From Dehalococcoidia bacterium (GTDB lineage: Bacteria; Chloroflexota; Dehalococcoidia; Lucifugimonadales; UBA3495), in assembly GCA_034428715.1 (NCBI GenBank), contig DAOUHE010000022.1:15290-79289 (forward strand): a DNA stretch of 64,000 nt. The letters are read 5' to 3'. This document shows positions 36,809-47,027 of this stretch, one piece after another. The notes beneath the pieces were generated by a model that was not told the DNA's origin, did not search any database, and saw nothing but the letters and a program-made list of their open reading frames with translations. Each line of letters opens with the position of its first letter. Position 1 is the stretch's first letter. The translations under genes and the position numbers were made by a program.

Positions 36809-39298
36809 TTGAGGGTTCGATCTACCATCGGATATTGCCGGACCCCTATTAGGCGTTGGGCTCTTTGGTCCCTGGTATTGGCCTCAGTGACACCATGGGC
36901 TTTGGCGGGCTGCGGGCCAGAGACGGCCGTCAGCGCTCCAGAGACCGCCTTCCTCCCTGCGGCTGCCGCATCTGCCGCATCTACCGCCGACGCCGGTCCG
37001 CCGACCTCATCCACCCCGTTTGCCGGCATCCCGCCCTTACCTGCGCCGGGCTCCAGACCCCAAGCCACTTTTGCGCCGGAGACGGCTACACCCAAACCCA
37101 CGGAACCGCCCTTGCCAGCCCTTATTGAAAAACCGGGGAAACCGCCGCCGGTGTTCACCGTTCCAAGCATCGGCTTGGAGCTCTCCTCCCCTTCCGATAG
37201 GCCGTTGGAATGGTCGGAGTCGATGATCATCTCAGGGACAGCCTCTCCCGGAGCCACCGTCAGCGTCAACGGCGTCCCGGTTCTACCGGCGGCGGACGGC
37301 CGCTTCTCGGCGGCGTTGGCCCTGGGCTCTACGGTGGACCCGGTGTCGCCAGTGTTGGTTGAAGTAGCCGCCAGCAATGGGGCGGGAGGCCGCGCTTGGA
37401 CCGTTACCGCGGCGTTGCCCACTCGGGATGGCGTCACGACGTTGATCGGCACGGTGACAAATATATCTGAAGACCATCCCCGGGCCGTGGCCGGGGAGAC
37501 CGATATCACATTGATGGCCGTAGATGGTCTTGTGGAACTGACTGCTACACCGGCGACGGTGGTGCACATTCCAGCCAGATTCAATCTCGGCCAAGAAAAC
37601 CAGGGCGCCGATGACCTTCCGTTTCAATCGATTCAAGACGTGAACGTGGGAGACCGCGCCGCTGTTTCAACCGTCGGCGGGCGGGTTTTGCATCTTCTGG
37701 TGCTGCCGGAAAGTCCGGTGAATTCGCTGCATTTTTCAGGGGTGGTGGTGCCTTCACCGGCGTCATCCCGTGGCGCTGCCTTCCTAACCCTGCGGGACAG
37801 GCAAGGCAACCAGATATCGGCAACGTTCACGCCGGATATTGAAGAGCCGCTATTAGGGGCATGGGTCACCGCGATCTTGTCCCGGCCAAGCTCCAGCGAG
37901 GAGCTACAGATTACCGGACTGGACCACGCCACCGCCAGTCTGAACCGGGTTTCAGCCGCGCTGGAATTGTCGCTGACCGCTGGCGACACAGAAACTTTTG
38001 ATGGGTTGCTACGCCATCTGGAAGCAACCGCCAAACGCCGCCTGACCTTATTGGACGATGCATCACGATGGCCGCTGCCATTGTTGGCGGCCAGGGCGCG
38101 GGAAGAGTTCGCCGTTTTGCAGGAAGCCTATGACCGAACGTTGGCGCGATACGGCCGCGGCCCCGTCTTTCTAGAAGTAGACGGCATAATCACCTCATTG
38201 GGCGCGCAGACCCCCGAAGGCCGGAAATTGACCGTTGAACCCGAATCAGGTCCGTTGGAAATAAATCTGCCGTCACGGACCGGCGTTTGGCTCAACCCTG
38301 CTGAAACGCCCCGGCAGGCGTTGGAGGGATGGCTCATCGGGTTTGCCGGGATTGAAGACTATACGGCCGAATACCGTGGGTCCGGGATCAGCCCCAGTAA
38401 ACTTGATCTGGGACACCGGGTGACCGCCACCTACGATCCCGCAACCCACGTGGTGGCGAGGATCGCGGCCCCGGCGACCCGGCAACTGGAGGACGGTCTG
38501 GCCCGATCGCTATTGCCTCTGGCGGGGATGGGGGAGATGGCTGGCACGGTGACCCATCTAAGCCTTCAGGGTCAGGCTCGCAGTGTATATATTCAGGACC
38601 AGACCACGGGCGGAACGGTGATTTTTTCGGCTACGACCGAAAGCCAGACCCTGGTAGACGGACTCCCGGTGCCATTGGGGCCAGACCTGGCCGGGCGGAA
38701 AGTTGCCATCCTCTTTCAACCGGGATCCGGGGAGATCATCGAGATGTCGACCCAAGAACCGGCTCCTGGAGAGGAGACGGTGTCGGGAGTTGTCACCAGT
38801 TTCACTTCAAAGGTCTTCCACGGAAACGTCACCATCTTGACCTCCCAAGGGGAGTCGAAAACCTTCACCCAAGATCAGGACACGGTCATCCGGCGGGACG
38901 GACGTAGGATCTCCGTCAGCGACGTGAGGCCAGGGGATCTGGTCCGGCCCAACACGCGGCATCGGGCGGAAGGTCCGGCGGAAGGTCCCGCGGGGCTTGG
39001 CGGCCCAGTTTTAACCTTTCTGAGCTTGAAAAGTCCCGAGCCGGTTCATTTGACCGGAACGGTAATGGGAATTGCCAGCCCGCCGTCTAGTCCGCCAGGT
39101 GATGACAACAGGGTCACCATCATCACAGACGGTTTGGACTTGATCACCCTGTCGATCACCGAAAGCAGCAGTCTCAATCGGCTGGGAACCGAAATCGGGC
39201 GAAACTCATTGCGCATCGGAGACAAGATCAGCCGGGCAACATACAACCCAATTACCAACGAGCTGGTCCAACTCGAATTGGCCGCCCCCGCACCATGA
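36809..39298 (+). CDS. large lipoprotein of unknown function (829 aa)
   Basis: TTG start and a signal peptide with lipobox (WALAGC). Pro/Ala-rich linker followed by beta-rich modules. C-terminal segments resemble DUF5666-type barrels (VSGVVTSF...GDLV; LTGTVMGI...GDKI). Confidence 0.6.
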   Translation: MRVRSTIGYCRTPIRRWALWSLVLASVTPWALAGCGPETAVSAPETAFLPAAAASAASTADAGPPTSSTPFAGIPPLPAPGSRPQATFAPETATPKPTEPPLPALIEKPGKPPPVFTVPSIGLELSSPSDRPLEWSESMIISGTASPGATVSVNGVPVLPAADGRFSAALALGSTVDPVSPVLVEVAASNGAGGRAWTVTAALPTRDGVTTLIGTVTNISEDHPRAVAGETDITLMAVDGLVELTATPATVVHIPARFNLGQENQGADDLPFQSIQDVNVGDRAAVSTVGGRVLHLLVLPESPVNSLHFSGVVVPSPASSRGAAFLTLRDRQGNQISATFTPDIEEPLLGAWVTAILSRPSSSEELQITGLDHATASLNRVSAALELSLTAGDTETFDGLLRHLEATAKRRLTLLDDASRWPLPLLAARAREEFAVLQEAYDRTLARYGRGPVFLEVDGIITSLGAQTPEGRKLTVEPESGPLEINLPSRTGVWLNPAETPRQALEGWLIGFAGIEDYTAEYRGSGISPSKLDLGHRVTATYDPATHVVARIAAPATRQLEDGLARSLLPLAGMGEMAGTVTHLSLQGQARSVYIQDQTTGGTVIFSATTESQTLVDGLPVPLGPDLAGRKVAILFQPGSGEIIEMSTQEPAPGEETVSGVVTSFTSKVFHGNVTILTSQGESKTFTQDQDTVIRRDGRRISVSDVRPGDLVRPNTRHRAEGPAEGPAGLGGPVLTFLSLKSPEPVHLTGTVMGIASPPSSPPGDDNRVTIITDGLDLITLSITESSSLNRLGTEIGRNSLRIGDKISRATYNPITNELVQLELAAPAP

Positions 39299-39351
39299 GT
39301 TGGGGTCAACCTGGCGAGGAAACAGACTGGAATAACTCACCACAGCCGTTC

Positions 39352-40792
39352 TCAGCAGCCCTGACCGTCGTTCCAGCCTGCCTCTTCTCCCGATGGAGAA
39401 ACCCTGGCGGGAGAAACGCTGACGCTGCCGAAAACGCCGTCGTAACCAGGCTCCAAGCGAACCTTCCCGGTCCTGGCCCTGATCACCGCCTGGGCCAGCG
39501 GTTCTCCGCCCAACCGGGTTAGGTCGTTGTGTGACGCTTGGATGAGCACCCTGAATTCGCTTCCCATCTCTTGCACCACCCGCCGGTACTCACCCTGGAC
39601 CCGTTTGCTGTTGACGCCAACCTTCATCGTCTGGGAGATGATCTCCAACAGAGGAACCAGCCTCATAAAAGGCGGTCTCCCCAGCGGAGAGGACACCAGG
39701 TCCCCTCTGCTCTCAACTTCGTTGGTATTCCCTTGCGATGGCCCACCCTCCTCCGAAGTACTCTCCTCCGAAGTGCTCTCGTCGGAAAGGATAGCTACCC
39801 GGTGCGAAACTCCCAGGGTCATGGGCCGGCCGCAGACCGGGCAACGGCCATTGGAGCCCAATGTCTCCTTGGCACCCAGCCTAACGCCACATTTCCGGTG
39901 GCCACTGAAATGGTATTTCCCTTCCTCTGGGTAAAACTCGACGGTATAGGCCACCCCCTGGCTGGCCAGAGCTCGGGCCAATCCCTGGTAACTCATCTCT
40001 CCGTGGAAAACGGTGACCTCACGGCCCAACTTGGGCAAAGAGTGAGCGTCTGAGAAGGAGACTATGGTCCGCTGGGCCAGTTCGGGGACCATCCAGTTCA
40101 TCGCGGGGTCGCTGGACAGCCCTGTCTCCACCGCATGGATGTGGGGCGCCATGTCCAGAAAACACTCTTCCAAAGAATCGAATCCCGATTTAGAACCCAA
40201 AATCCCGTACCAGGGCGTCCAAATGTGGGCCGGGATCACGATGCAATCCGGATTCGATTCCAACGCCAGTTCCACCAGATCACGAGCCGGCAGTCCCAGA
40301 ACCGGCCGGCCATCGGATGCCAGGTTTCCGTGGTGGGCCAATTTCCGGTTCAGCGACTCCACCGTGGCCAGGTCCCGGCGCGAACACCAGCAAATGAACA
40401 CGCCGGTGCCGGCCGCCCTGGCGATAGACGCAACTTACCTCGGTCCCCAGAATGAATTTCACCCCATCGAATTGGAAAAGACCCTTCCCGTCTTCCGCCA
40501 GGCCCGCCCGCAACTCCTCCATCCATAAGGGATGGGTAAAGTCGGCGGAGGATAATAGGTCTATCCCTTTGAGTTTTGCCCAGATAGCCAAGTTTTCCAA
40601 AGAGAGTTGCTTGCTGGTGGCGTAGGCGTAACGGGAGTGCAGATGCAGGTCGCCGGTATAGGTTTGGGTATAGGTCTGTGGTGTTTCCTGAAGCATGGCC
40701 CAGTCTAGCGCAGGCATGGCGTGCAAACGGCTGCCCATGGGCAATGCAACCTTGGCCAGACCGGGAGGTGAACCGTCCGAGGACGCCGGCAT
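39352..40792 (-). pseudogene. endonuclease Q-like (PHP domain, TIGR00375-type) gene split by a frameshift
   Basis: The N-terminal ORF (GDLHLHSRYA..GVKFILGTEV..RRVHLLVFAP) and C-terminal ORF (DLATVESLNRKL..PAHIWTPW..SDAH..CPVCG..) are colinear with EndoQ but lie in different frames. They join if one G is removed from the GCGCCGGGACCTG run near 40385. Confidence 0.7.
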
Positions 40793-40860
40793 TTGGCAAT
40801 CTATCGCTTGACCGATGGGAACCCTACAATTATCCTGTAGAATATAGCGGAGGATGAGAT

Positions 40861-41172
40861 ATGACTACCAGTGTTACCTCAGTGACCCAGTTGAAACCCA
40901 TGGCAGACCGGGTGGTGATTCGCCCGATTGACGATGCCAAGGTGACCAAAAGCGGGATAATCCTGCCCGACACCATCCAAGAACGCCCTTTGGAAGGCGA
41001 AGTGTTGGCTGCCGGTCCCGGCCGGCGCCTCGACACCGGGCAGTTGCTGGAGATGGACCTGAAGACCGGCGACAAGGTAATCTACTCCAAATACGCCGGT
41101 ACCGAGATCACGGTGGACGGCGAAGACGTGTTGATCATGGCTGCCGGCGACGTTCTCGCCAAGATCACCTAA
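40861..41172 (+). CDS. groES: co-chaperonin GroES
   Basis: 103 aa, GGAGGA SD, canonical LKPMADRVVIRP...GIILPDT sequence. Confidence 0.95.
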   Translation: MTTSVTSVTQLKPMADRVVIRPIDDAKVTKSGIILPDTIQERPLEGEVLAAGPGRRLDTGQLLEMDLKTGDKVIYSKYAGTEITVDGEDVLIMAAGDVLAKIT

Positions 41173-41230
41173 AATCATCAAAAATAGCAAACGATAGCAA
41201 TAGCGCAGGCGCGACGGGAGGGAAACAAGA

Positions 41231-42850
41231 ATGCCAGCCAAGGAAATAATCCAGAATGAAGATGCCCAGCAGGCTCTGCTCCGCGGGATAGACCAGGTGG
41301 CCAATGCGGTTCGCCTGACCCTGGGGCCAAAGGGCCAAAACGTGATTCTGGAGAAGAAGTGGGGCGCGCCTGTGGTAACCAACGACGGCGTGGCCATTGC
41401 CAAGGAAGTGGAGCTTCCCGACCCATTTGAGAATATGGGCGCCCAGCTGATCAAAGAGGCGGCCACCAAGACCAACGACGCCACGGGCGATGGCACCACC
41501 ACGTCCACTGTATTGGCCCAGACCATCGTGCGTGAGGGTATGAGGAACGTGGCGGCCGGCGCCGACCCTATGGCCCTGAAGCACGGCTTGGACAAGTCGG
41601 TGGTGGCCGTGGTAGCCGAGTTGAAAAAGCTCTCCATTCCCGTTGAAGGCCGTGAGCACATGTCACAGATCGCCGGTATCGCCGCCGACGACCCGGCGAT
41701 CGGCGAGATGCTGGCCGATGTGTTGGAAAAAGTAGGCCGCGACGGCGTGGTCACGGTGGAAGAGAGTAAGGGCGTTGAATCAGAGACCGAGTTCGTCGAG
41801 GGTATGAATTTCGACCGCGGTTATATCAGCCCCTACTTCGTCACCAATCCAGAGCGCATGGAAACTGTCGTAGAAGACCCGTACATCTTGGTGACCGACC
41901 AGAAGATATCCTCCACCGCCGACCTGGTTCCCCTGTTGGAGAAGACCCTACAGGTGTCGAAGAACCTGGTGGTGATCGCCGAAGATGTCGAGGGCGAAGC
42001 GCTGGCCGTCATGGTCGTAAACAAGATGCGAGGCACCCTAAGCTGTTTGGCGGTCAAGGCGCCGGGATTCGGCGACCGCCGCAAGGCCATGTTGGAGGAC
42101 ATCGCGATCCTCACCGGCGGGGTGGTCATCTCTCAAGATACGGGACGCAAATTGGACCAGGTAACCGTAGCCGACTTGGGCGAGGCGCGCCGGATTGAAT
42201 CCACCAAGGACAAGACCACCATCATCGAGGGCAAGGGCGACGCCACCACCATCCAGGGACGGGTCGAGCAGATCCAGGTCCAACTCGATGACACCACCTC
42301 GGAATACGACAAAGAAAAACTCCAAGAGCGCATCGCCAAACTCTCCGGCGGCGTCGCCGTTATCAAAGTGGGCGCGCCCACCGAGCCCGAGTTGAAAGAA
42401 CGTAAGCAGAGGACGGAAGACGCTTTGGCCGCCACCAGAGCCGCCTTGGACGAAGGTATAGTTCCCGGCGGTGGGGTGGCCTACCTGAGGGCTTCAGCCG
42501 TATTGGACACCATTTCCCTTGCCAAAGACGAGCAGCTGGCGGCATCGATCTTGAAGCTGGCTCTGCGGGCGCCATTGAATATCATCGCCGAAAATTCCGG
42601 GCGGGATGGCCCCGTGGTGTTGAACCAAGTCCAGAACAACCAATCACAAAACTACGGGTACGACGCCATCAACGACGACTTTGGAGACCTGTTGGACAAG
42701 GGAATCCTAGACCCGGCCAAAGTGTCACGGGTGGCCTTAGAAAACGCGTCCAGCGTGGCCGGCATGATCCTGACCGCCCAATCCTTGATAACGGAACACG
42801 AAGAGGAGCACGATCACGACGATCACGGCCACACCCACGGTGATTTCTAG
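41231..42850 (+). CDS. groEL: chaperonin GroEL
   Basis: 539 aa with canonical GroEL motifs ([26 protein letters not shown]). The C-terminal tail is His/Asp-rich ([18 protein letters not shown]). Confidence 0.95.
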   Translation: MPAKEIIQNEDAQQALLRGIDQVANAVRLTLGPKGQNVILEKKWGAPVVTNDGVAIAKEVELPDPFENMGAQLIKEAATKTNDATGDGTTTSTVLAQTIVREGMRNVAAGADPMALKHGLDKSVVAVVAELKKLSIPVEGREHMSQIAGIAADDPAIGEMLADVLEKVGRDGVVTVEESKGVESETEFVEGMNFDRGYISPYFVTNPERMETVVEDPYILVTDQKISSTADLVPLLEKTLQVSKNLVVIAEDVEGEALAVMVVNKMRGTLSCLAVKAPGFGDRRKAMLEDIAILTGGVVISQDTGRKLDQVTVADLGEARRIESTKDKTTIIEGKGDATTIQGRVEQIQVQLDDTTSEYDKEKLQERIAKLSGGVAVIKVGAPTEPELKERKQRTEDALAATRAALDEGIVPGGGVAYLRASAVLDTISLAKDEQLAASILKLALRAPLNIIAENSGRDGPVVLNQVQNNQSQNYGYDAINDDFGDLLDKGILDPAKVSRVALENASSVAGMILTAQSLITEHEEEHDHDDHGHTHGDF

Positions 42851-42902
42851 CATACGGCCAATCCGAACCCCCAGGATTTAACACTAGGTCTAACCACATT
42901 AC

Positions 42903-42940
42903 AAAACCCTTTTTCCTGAATTGGAGAAAGGGTTTTGTTT
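42903..42940. terminator. bidirectional intrinsic terminator
   Basis: AAAACCCTTTTTCC-tgaatt-GGAGAAAGGGTTTT forms a 14-bp stem with 1 mismatch, flanked by A-run and T-run. Lies between convergent groEL and the hydrolase gene. Confidence 0.75.
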
Positions 42941-42981
42941 AGGGGCCTTGGTGGTTAAGCCAGGTGACGAAACTTGGCCCG

Positions 42982-43740
42982 TCAAGCGTACCGCAGCAAC
43001 ACATCGGCCATCTCTTTGGGATTTTCCAGCATGACCTGATGGCAGGAATCTAACGGCAATATCTCAGCGCCGGGGAGCCGTTGGGCCATTCTCTCTTGGA
43101 CCTCGGGAGGAAGCAGTCTATCCCGTGTCAATTCCACGTAGGTGACCGGACACGGCAGGACCGAATCTTCTGATTGAACCTTGGTCTTCAAAACCCTGGA
43201 AGGCAACGGTCCGAAAAACCCTAAGACCTCCACGACCTCCATGGGCCCCATTCCGTTGCAAAGGACAGAGCCGATCACCGCCTTGGGCAATCTCATGTCT
43301 TGGCCGGAGAGTATGCTTAAGCCATTCAGCAGGTTGAACGCTGTCCGGGTGCGCCGGGGTAATGCGCCCAACATATTCCTTTGATTTTGGGGGACGATCC
43401 CGGCCACCAATATCAGGCGCTTGGGCGGATCGGGCAACTGGGATGCCGCCTGAATGATCAGGCTTCCCGCAAACCCGTGGCCCACCATCACCAAATTTTT
43501 GAGGCCTTCACGTTCCACCGCCCGGGTAATGGCTTGGACGCATTCCTCCATACGGACCTGGGCAGTGTCCCCCCCCAAGTCGGCGCCGTGACCCGGCAGG
43601 TCCAGCGTATGTACCCGGTTGGCCCGCCGTGTGGCATATAGCCGTGGTGGATGCTCCACCGGCGCGGTCAGATGCCCCCAAACCTTTCCCCAAATCCAAG
43701 CGCCCTGCCCCGCGCCATGCACCAAAAGAAAATCACTCAT
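42982..43740 (-). CDS. alpha/beta hydrolase
   Basis: 252 aa. HGAGQGAW oxyanion region and nucleophile elbow GHGFAG. Confidence 0.8.
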   Translation of the reverse strand: MSDFLLVHGAGQGAWIWGKVWGHLTAPVEHPPRLYATRRANRVHTLDLPGHGADLGGDTAQVRMEECVQAITRAVEREGLKNLVMVGHGFAGSLIIQAASQLPDPPKRLILVAGIVPQNQRNMLGALPRRTRTAFNLLNGLSILSGQDMRLPKAVIGSVLCNGMGPMEVVEVLGFFGPLPSRVLKTKVQSEDSVLPCPVTYVELTRDRLLPPEVQERMAQRLPGAEILPLDSCHQVMLENPKEMADVLLRYA

Positions 43741-44030
43741 CCATTCTCACCGGTTTGCCCGGCGGCGCCAGCCGGTCTCCGGGCTTTATATTTTCCGGAC
43801 CTTCCACAGGCTAAATCCAGACAAGAAGGCCCAAAAGCCCCGTTGTATCGCCTCATTAGCGCCTGCTCGAGGTGATCTCAGTCGAATGTCATTGCTTCGA
43901 AAATACGGGATTCGTTAACTAATGTCCTGCCGGTGGAAACCCATTTTCATGCTTGGTCGCGCCGGTGGCAACCGGCATGAACGATTCTGAGCAAAGCCAA
44001 GTATCTGGTGTGGCGGGGGCGGCCCCTCCC

Positions 44031-44066
44031 TAGATTCTTCAGCCGCTTCGCTCCTTCAGAATGACA
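44031..44066 (+). repeat. terminal module of the dispersed repeat, copy B (partial)
   Basis: TAGATTCTTCAGCCGCTTCGCTCCTTCAGAATGACA resembles the 3' module of copies A and C. A degenerate inverted half (GATTCTGAGCAAAGCC) lies at about 43983. Confidence 0.6.
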
Positions 44067-44092
44067 TTATGTGAAATCAAATCGGCCGCGTT

Positions 44093-45466
44093 CTATTGAG
44101 CCAGCGCCGATGACACCGCCGGCAAAAGGTCGTTCTCTTCATTTGGCATCACCGTCCGCGGGTCCAGCAAAACCCGGTCTTCTTCAACCCGGGCCACCAC
44201 CGGCGGGTTCCACCGCCTTAGCCTTTCCATAACTCCGGCCGGGCCTCCCGTCGCGCCCGTGCAATCCAAGGCCAAAACCCAGGAAGCCAGGGTCTCTCCA
44301 GGCAGACTCCCTCCGCCAATGGCCGACCGGCTGGGTTCGACCTGGGCCGGGTTTTCCAGCCTGGACCGCCATCTGGTGGCGCGTTCCTTTATCTCCTCGG
44401 GCGGGGTTGAGATCATACGCCAAATGGGTATCTCAACCTCCGCTTCGCCTCGCAGGTAGTGCACCAATGTGGCGGTAAGAGCCGCCATGCTGAGCTTATC
44501 GATCCTGACCGCCCGGGCCAAGGGGTGCCGCGCCAAGCGGCTCACCAACTCCTCTTTGCCAGCCACGATCCCCGCCTGGGGCCCGCCCAGCAATTTATCT
44601 CCCGAGAAAAATACCAGACCAACCCCGGCGGCGATGCTTTCCTGGGGTGTAGGCTCGTGAGCCAGGCCGTAACGCTCGGTGGGCAACAAGCAGCCGCTGC
44701 CCTCGTCGTGCATCACCGCCACGCCGGTCCTTTCGCCCAGTTCCACCAGATCCCCCGGTTCCACCACCGCGGTGAACCCTTCGACGCGGAAGTTGCTGGC
44801 ATGGACCTTCAAGAAAGCGGCCGTGTTCTCCGTCACCGCTTGTTCGTAGTCCCGGAGGTAGGTCCGGTTGGTGGTCCCTATGTCCACCAGTTCGCCGCCG
44901 CTCTGACGGCATACATCAGGTATCCGGAACCCGCCACCAATCTCCACCGCCTCCGCCCGTGATACGACCACTTCTTTGCCGGAAGCCAATGCCGAAAGGC
45001 CCAGCAGCACGGCCGACGCATTGTTGTTTACGGCGAAGGCCGCCTCAGCGCCCGTTAACCGCCGGACCAACGTTTGCAGACGGGCCTGGCGTGAACCGCG
45101 GCGCCCGTCCGCAAGGTCCAGCTCCAGGTTGGTATACCCAGCCGCCACGTCCAGCATGGCCTGGGTGGCCGCCGGGCTCAAAGGCGCCCGTCCCAGGTTG
45201 GTATGCAAAATGACGCCGGTGGCGTTGATCACCCTTCGAGGTTCCTGCCGGGTCATGCCGGCCAACTGGCTGGAAACGGCCTCTGCCACCATCTCGGCGG
45301 CCGGCGCGTCCTCTCCCCGGCGAATCCCGTCCCTGGCCAGGTCCAGCTCTTCCCGGACCAGGTCCACCAGCAATTCCCTCTGGTAGTTGCCGGCCACATC
45401 GGCCAGGGCTTCGCTGGCCAGAACACTGTTCACATTGGGCAAGTTACGAAATTGCTGAGATTGCAT
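44093..45466 (-). CDS. selA: L-seryl-tRNA(Sec) selenium transferase
   Basis: 457 aa. SelA motifs NATGVILHTNLGRAPL and PLP-lysine segment FSGDKLLGGPQAG. Confidence 0.85.
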   Translation of the reverse strand: MQSQQFRNLPNVNSVLASEALADVAGNYQRELLVDLVREELDLARDGIRRGEDAPAAEMVAEAVSSQLAGMTRQEPRRVINATGVILHTNLGRAPLSPAATQAMLDVAAGYTNLELDLADGRRGSRQARLQTLVRRLTGAEAAFAVNNNASAVLLGLSALASGKEVVVSRAEAVEIGGGFRIPDVCRQSGGELVDIGTTNRTYLRDYEQAVTENTAAFLKVHASNFRVEGFTAVVEPGDLVELGERTGVAVMHDEGSGCLLPTERYGLAHEPTPQESIAAGVGLVFFSGDKLLGGPQAGIVAGKEELVSRLARHPLARAVRIDKLSMAALTATLVHYLRGEAEVEIPIWRMISTPPEEIKERATRWRSRLENPAQVEPSRSAIGGGSLPGETLASWVLALDCTGATGGPAGVMERLRRWNPPVVARVEEDRVLLDPRTVMPNEENDLLPAVSSALAQ

Positions 45467-45558
45467 AGATACCGCGTTCCCGTTTGATACTGCTTTCCCG
45501 GCGCGTTTACCTTTTTACGGCCGGGCAACCATGCCTCAATGCCCCTGAAACGGCCTAT

Positions 45559-45567
45559 ATTCTAACA
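45559..45567 (-). promoter_or_regulatory. putative extended -10 element (TGtTAGAAT) upstream of selA
   Basis: Minus strand reads CCATGTTAGAAT about 95 nt upstream of the selA ATG. The -35 is weak. Confidence 0.35.
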
Positions 45568-45791
45568 TGGCTTGGGCGTGTTGCCCGTTGGCATTCGCGT
45601 CGCGGCCCTAGTGAAAAAACTGGCGGTGGATTCTTGTGACCGCTCACTTTAGTGCGATTCCGGCGGCGGAAATCTTCTTTCATTCGCCATCACGAAAGTA
45701 TAAAATTTTGGATAGCCCGCCCTGTCGCCTGATTCGGTTTTACCATAGTCTTGAACCCACCTTCCGCCAGTAAATTCCGAGAGGTAATCGA

Positions 45792-47027
45792 ATGCCCGCT
45801 TCCCGATACACCACTCCCGAGCTGGACGCGCTGAAAAACACCATTCGCCAGATAGTCAAAGACGAATGTTTGCCCCTTGAGTCTGAATACCTGACCCATC
45901 CTCCCGAAGAAGGCGTCGACGACGGCGGACCCAGGGGCGTGGCTCAGTCTGTGTTGGGGATCGTGGGTAGCTTGGACCAAGCAAAATGGGACCGGTTAAC
46001 TCGCATCTCCAAAGAGACGGGCATCTACACCGCCTTCGTGCCCGAAGAGTATGGCGGTGGCGGAATGCGTGCCTTGGGGCACACCATGCTGGACGAAGAG
46101 ATACACCGCAGCATTGTCCAGCTGCCTACCTCGCCTGTGCCTATGATGATGATCGGCGCTTGCACTCCCGAACAGGAGCAAAAGTACCTGTATCCCTCGA
46201 TTCAGGGCGACCTATATTACGCCTTTGGCCAGACGGAGCCCCAGGCCGGGTCGGACCCCGGCGGTATGATGCAGACCCGGGCGGTGGCCGACGGCGACGA
46301 CTGGGTCCTCAACGGCACGAAGATGTTCATCACCGGAGGCGCCACGGCCGACTTTCTGTTGGTGCAGGCGGTGACCGACCCCGAAAAGCGCCAGCGGGGC
46401 GGCATAACCATGTTCATCATCGACAACCCCACTCTTGGAATGAGCTTTGAGCCGATCCGAATCTGGACCACACCCACCAAGTCACACCAACATTTCGTGT
46501 ACTTGGACAACGTTCGCGTCCCCCAGACCCAGGTTCTGGGCGAAGTAGGCCAGGGCTTTTCCCTGGGCCAACAGTGGCTGGTCCATCACGACAGGATACT
46601 GAGGGGATCGATGGCATTGGGGATTTTGACGCGCGCTCTGGAAATGGCCATTGAGTGGGCCAAGCAACGGGTGACCTACGGACGCCCCATCGCCGACCGG
46701 CAGGCAATTCAATGGATGTTGACAGACGTTTACGTGGACATCATGAACCTGAGGGCCTTGACCCGGGAGACGGCCGCACGGGCCGATGACGGGGAAGACG
46801 TGCGGGTGGAAGCGTCGATGATCAAATATTGCGCCGGCGAGTGGGGTTGGCGGAGCATCGACAAGATCATGCAGGTGTTCGGCGGGCTGGGAGAGAGCCT
46901 CGACATGCCCATTGCCCACTGGTATCTGCTATTGCGCCACGCTCGCATCGGAGGCGGAACTTCGGAGATCCACAAGTTCGTGATGTCCCGGGCCCTGTTG
47001 GACGGCCGGGTTTCGTTCCAAGGGTAA
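45792..47027 (+). CDS. acyl-CoA dehydrogenase family protein
   Basis: 411 aa with a GAGAGG SD and typical ACAD three-domain layout (TEPQAGSDP, C-terminal GGTSEI). Confidence 0.85.
   Translation: MPASRYTTPELDALKNTIRQIVKDECLPLESEYLTHPPEEGVDDGGPRGVAQSVLGIVGSLDQAKWDRLTRISKETGIYTAFVPEEYGGGGMRALGHTMLDEEIHRSIVQLPTSPVPMMMIGACTPEQEQKYLYPSIQGDLYYAFGQTEPQAGSDPGGMMQTRAVADGDDWVLNGTKMFITGGATADFLLVQAVTDPEKRQRGGITMFIIDNPTLGMSFEPIRIWTTPTKSHQHFVYLDNVRVPQTQVLGEVGQGFSLGQQWLVHHDRILRGSMALGILTRALEMAIEWAKQRVTYGRPIADRQAIQWMLTDVYVDIMNLRALTRETAARADDGEDVRVEASMIKYCAGEWGWRSIDKIMQVFGGLGESLDMPIAHWYLLLRHARIGGGTSEIHKFVMSRALLDGRVSFQG

Noticed and set aside
40800-40860. CIRCE/HrcA operator or a clean sigma-70 promoter upstream of groES
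   Set aside because: No TTAGCACTC-N9-GAGTGCTAA-like inverted repeat. TTGACC is 11 nt from TACAAT and 24 nt from TAGAAT, so no canonical spacing exists.
43741-44092. Search for tRNA-Sec (selC) or any tRNA next to selA (also 45467-45791)
   Set aside because: No T-loop (GGTTCGAATCC-like) or acceptor-stem pairing was found. The region instead holds the repeat module.
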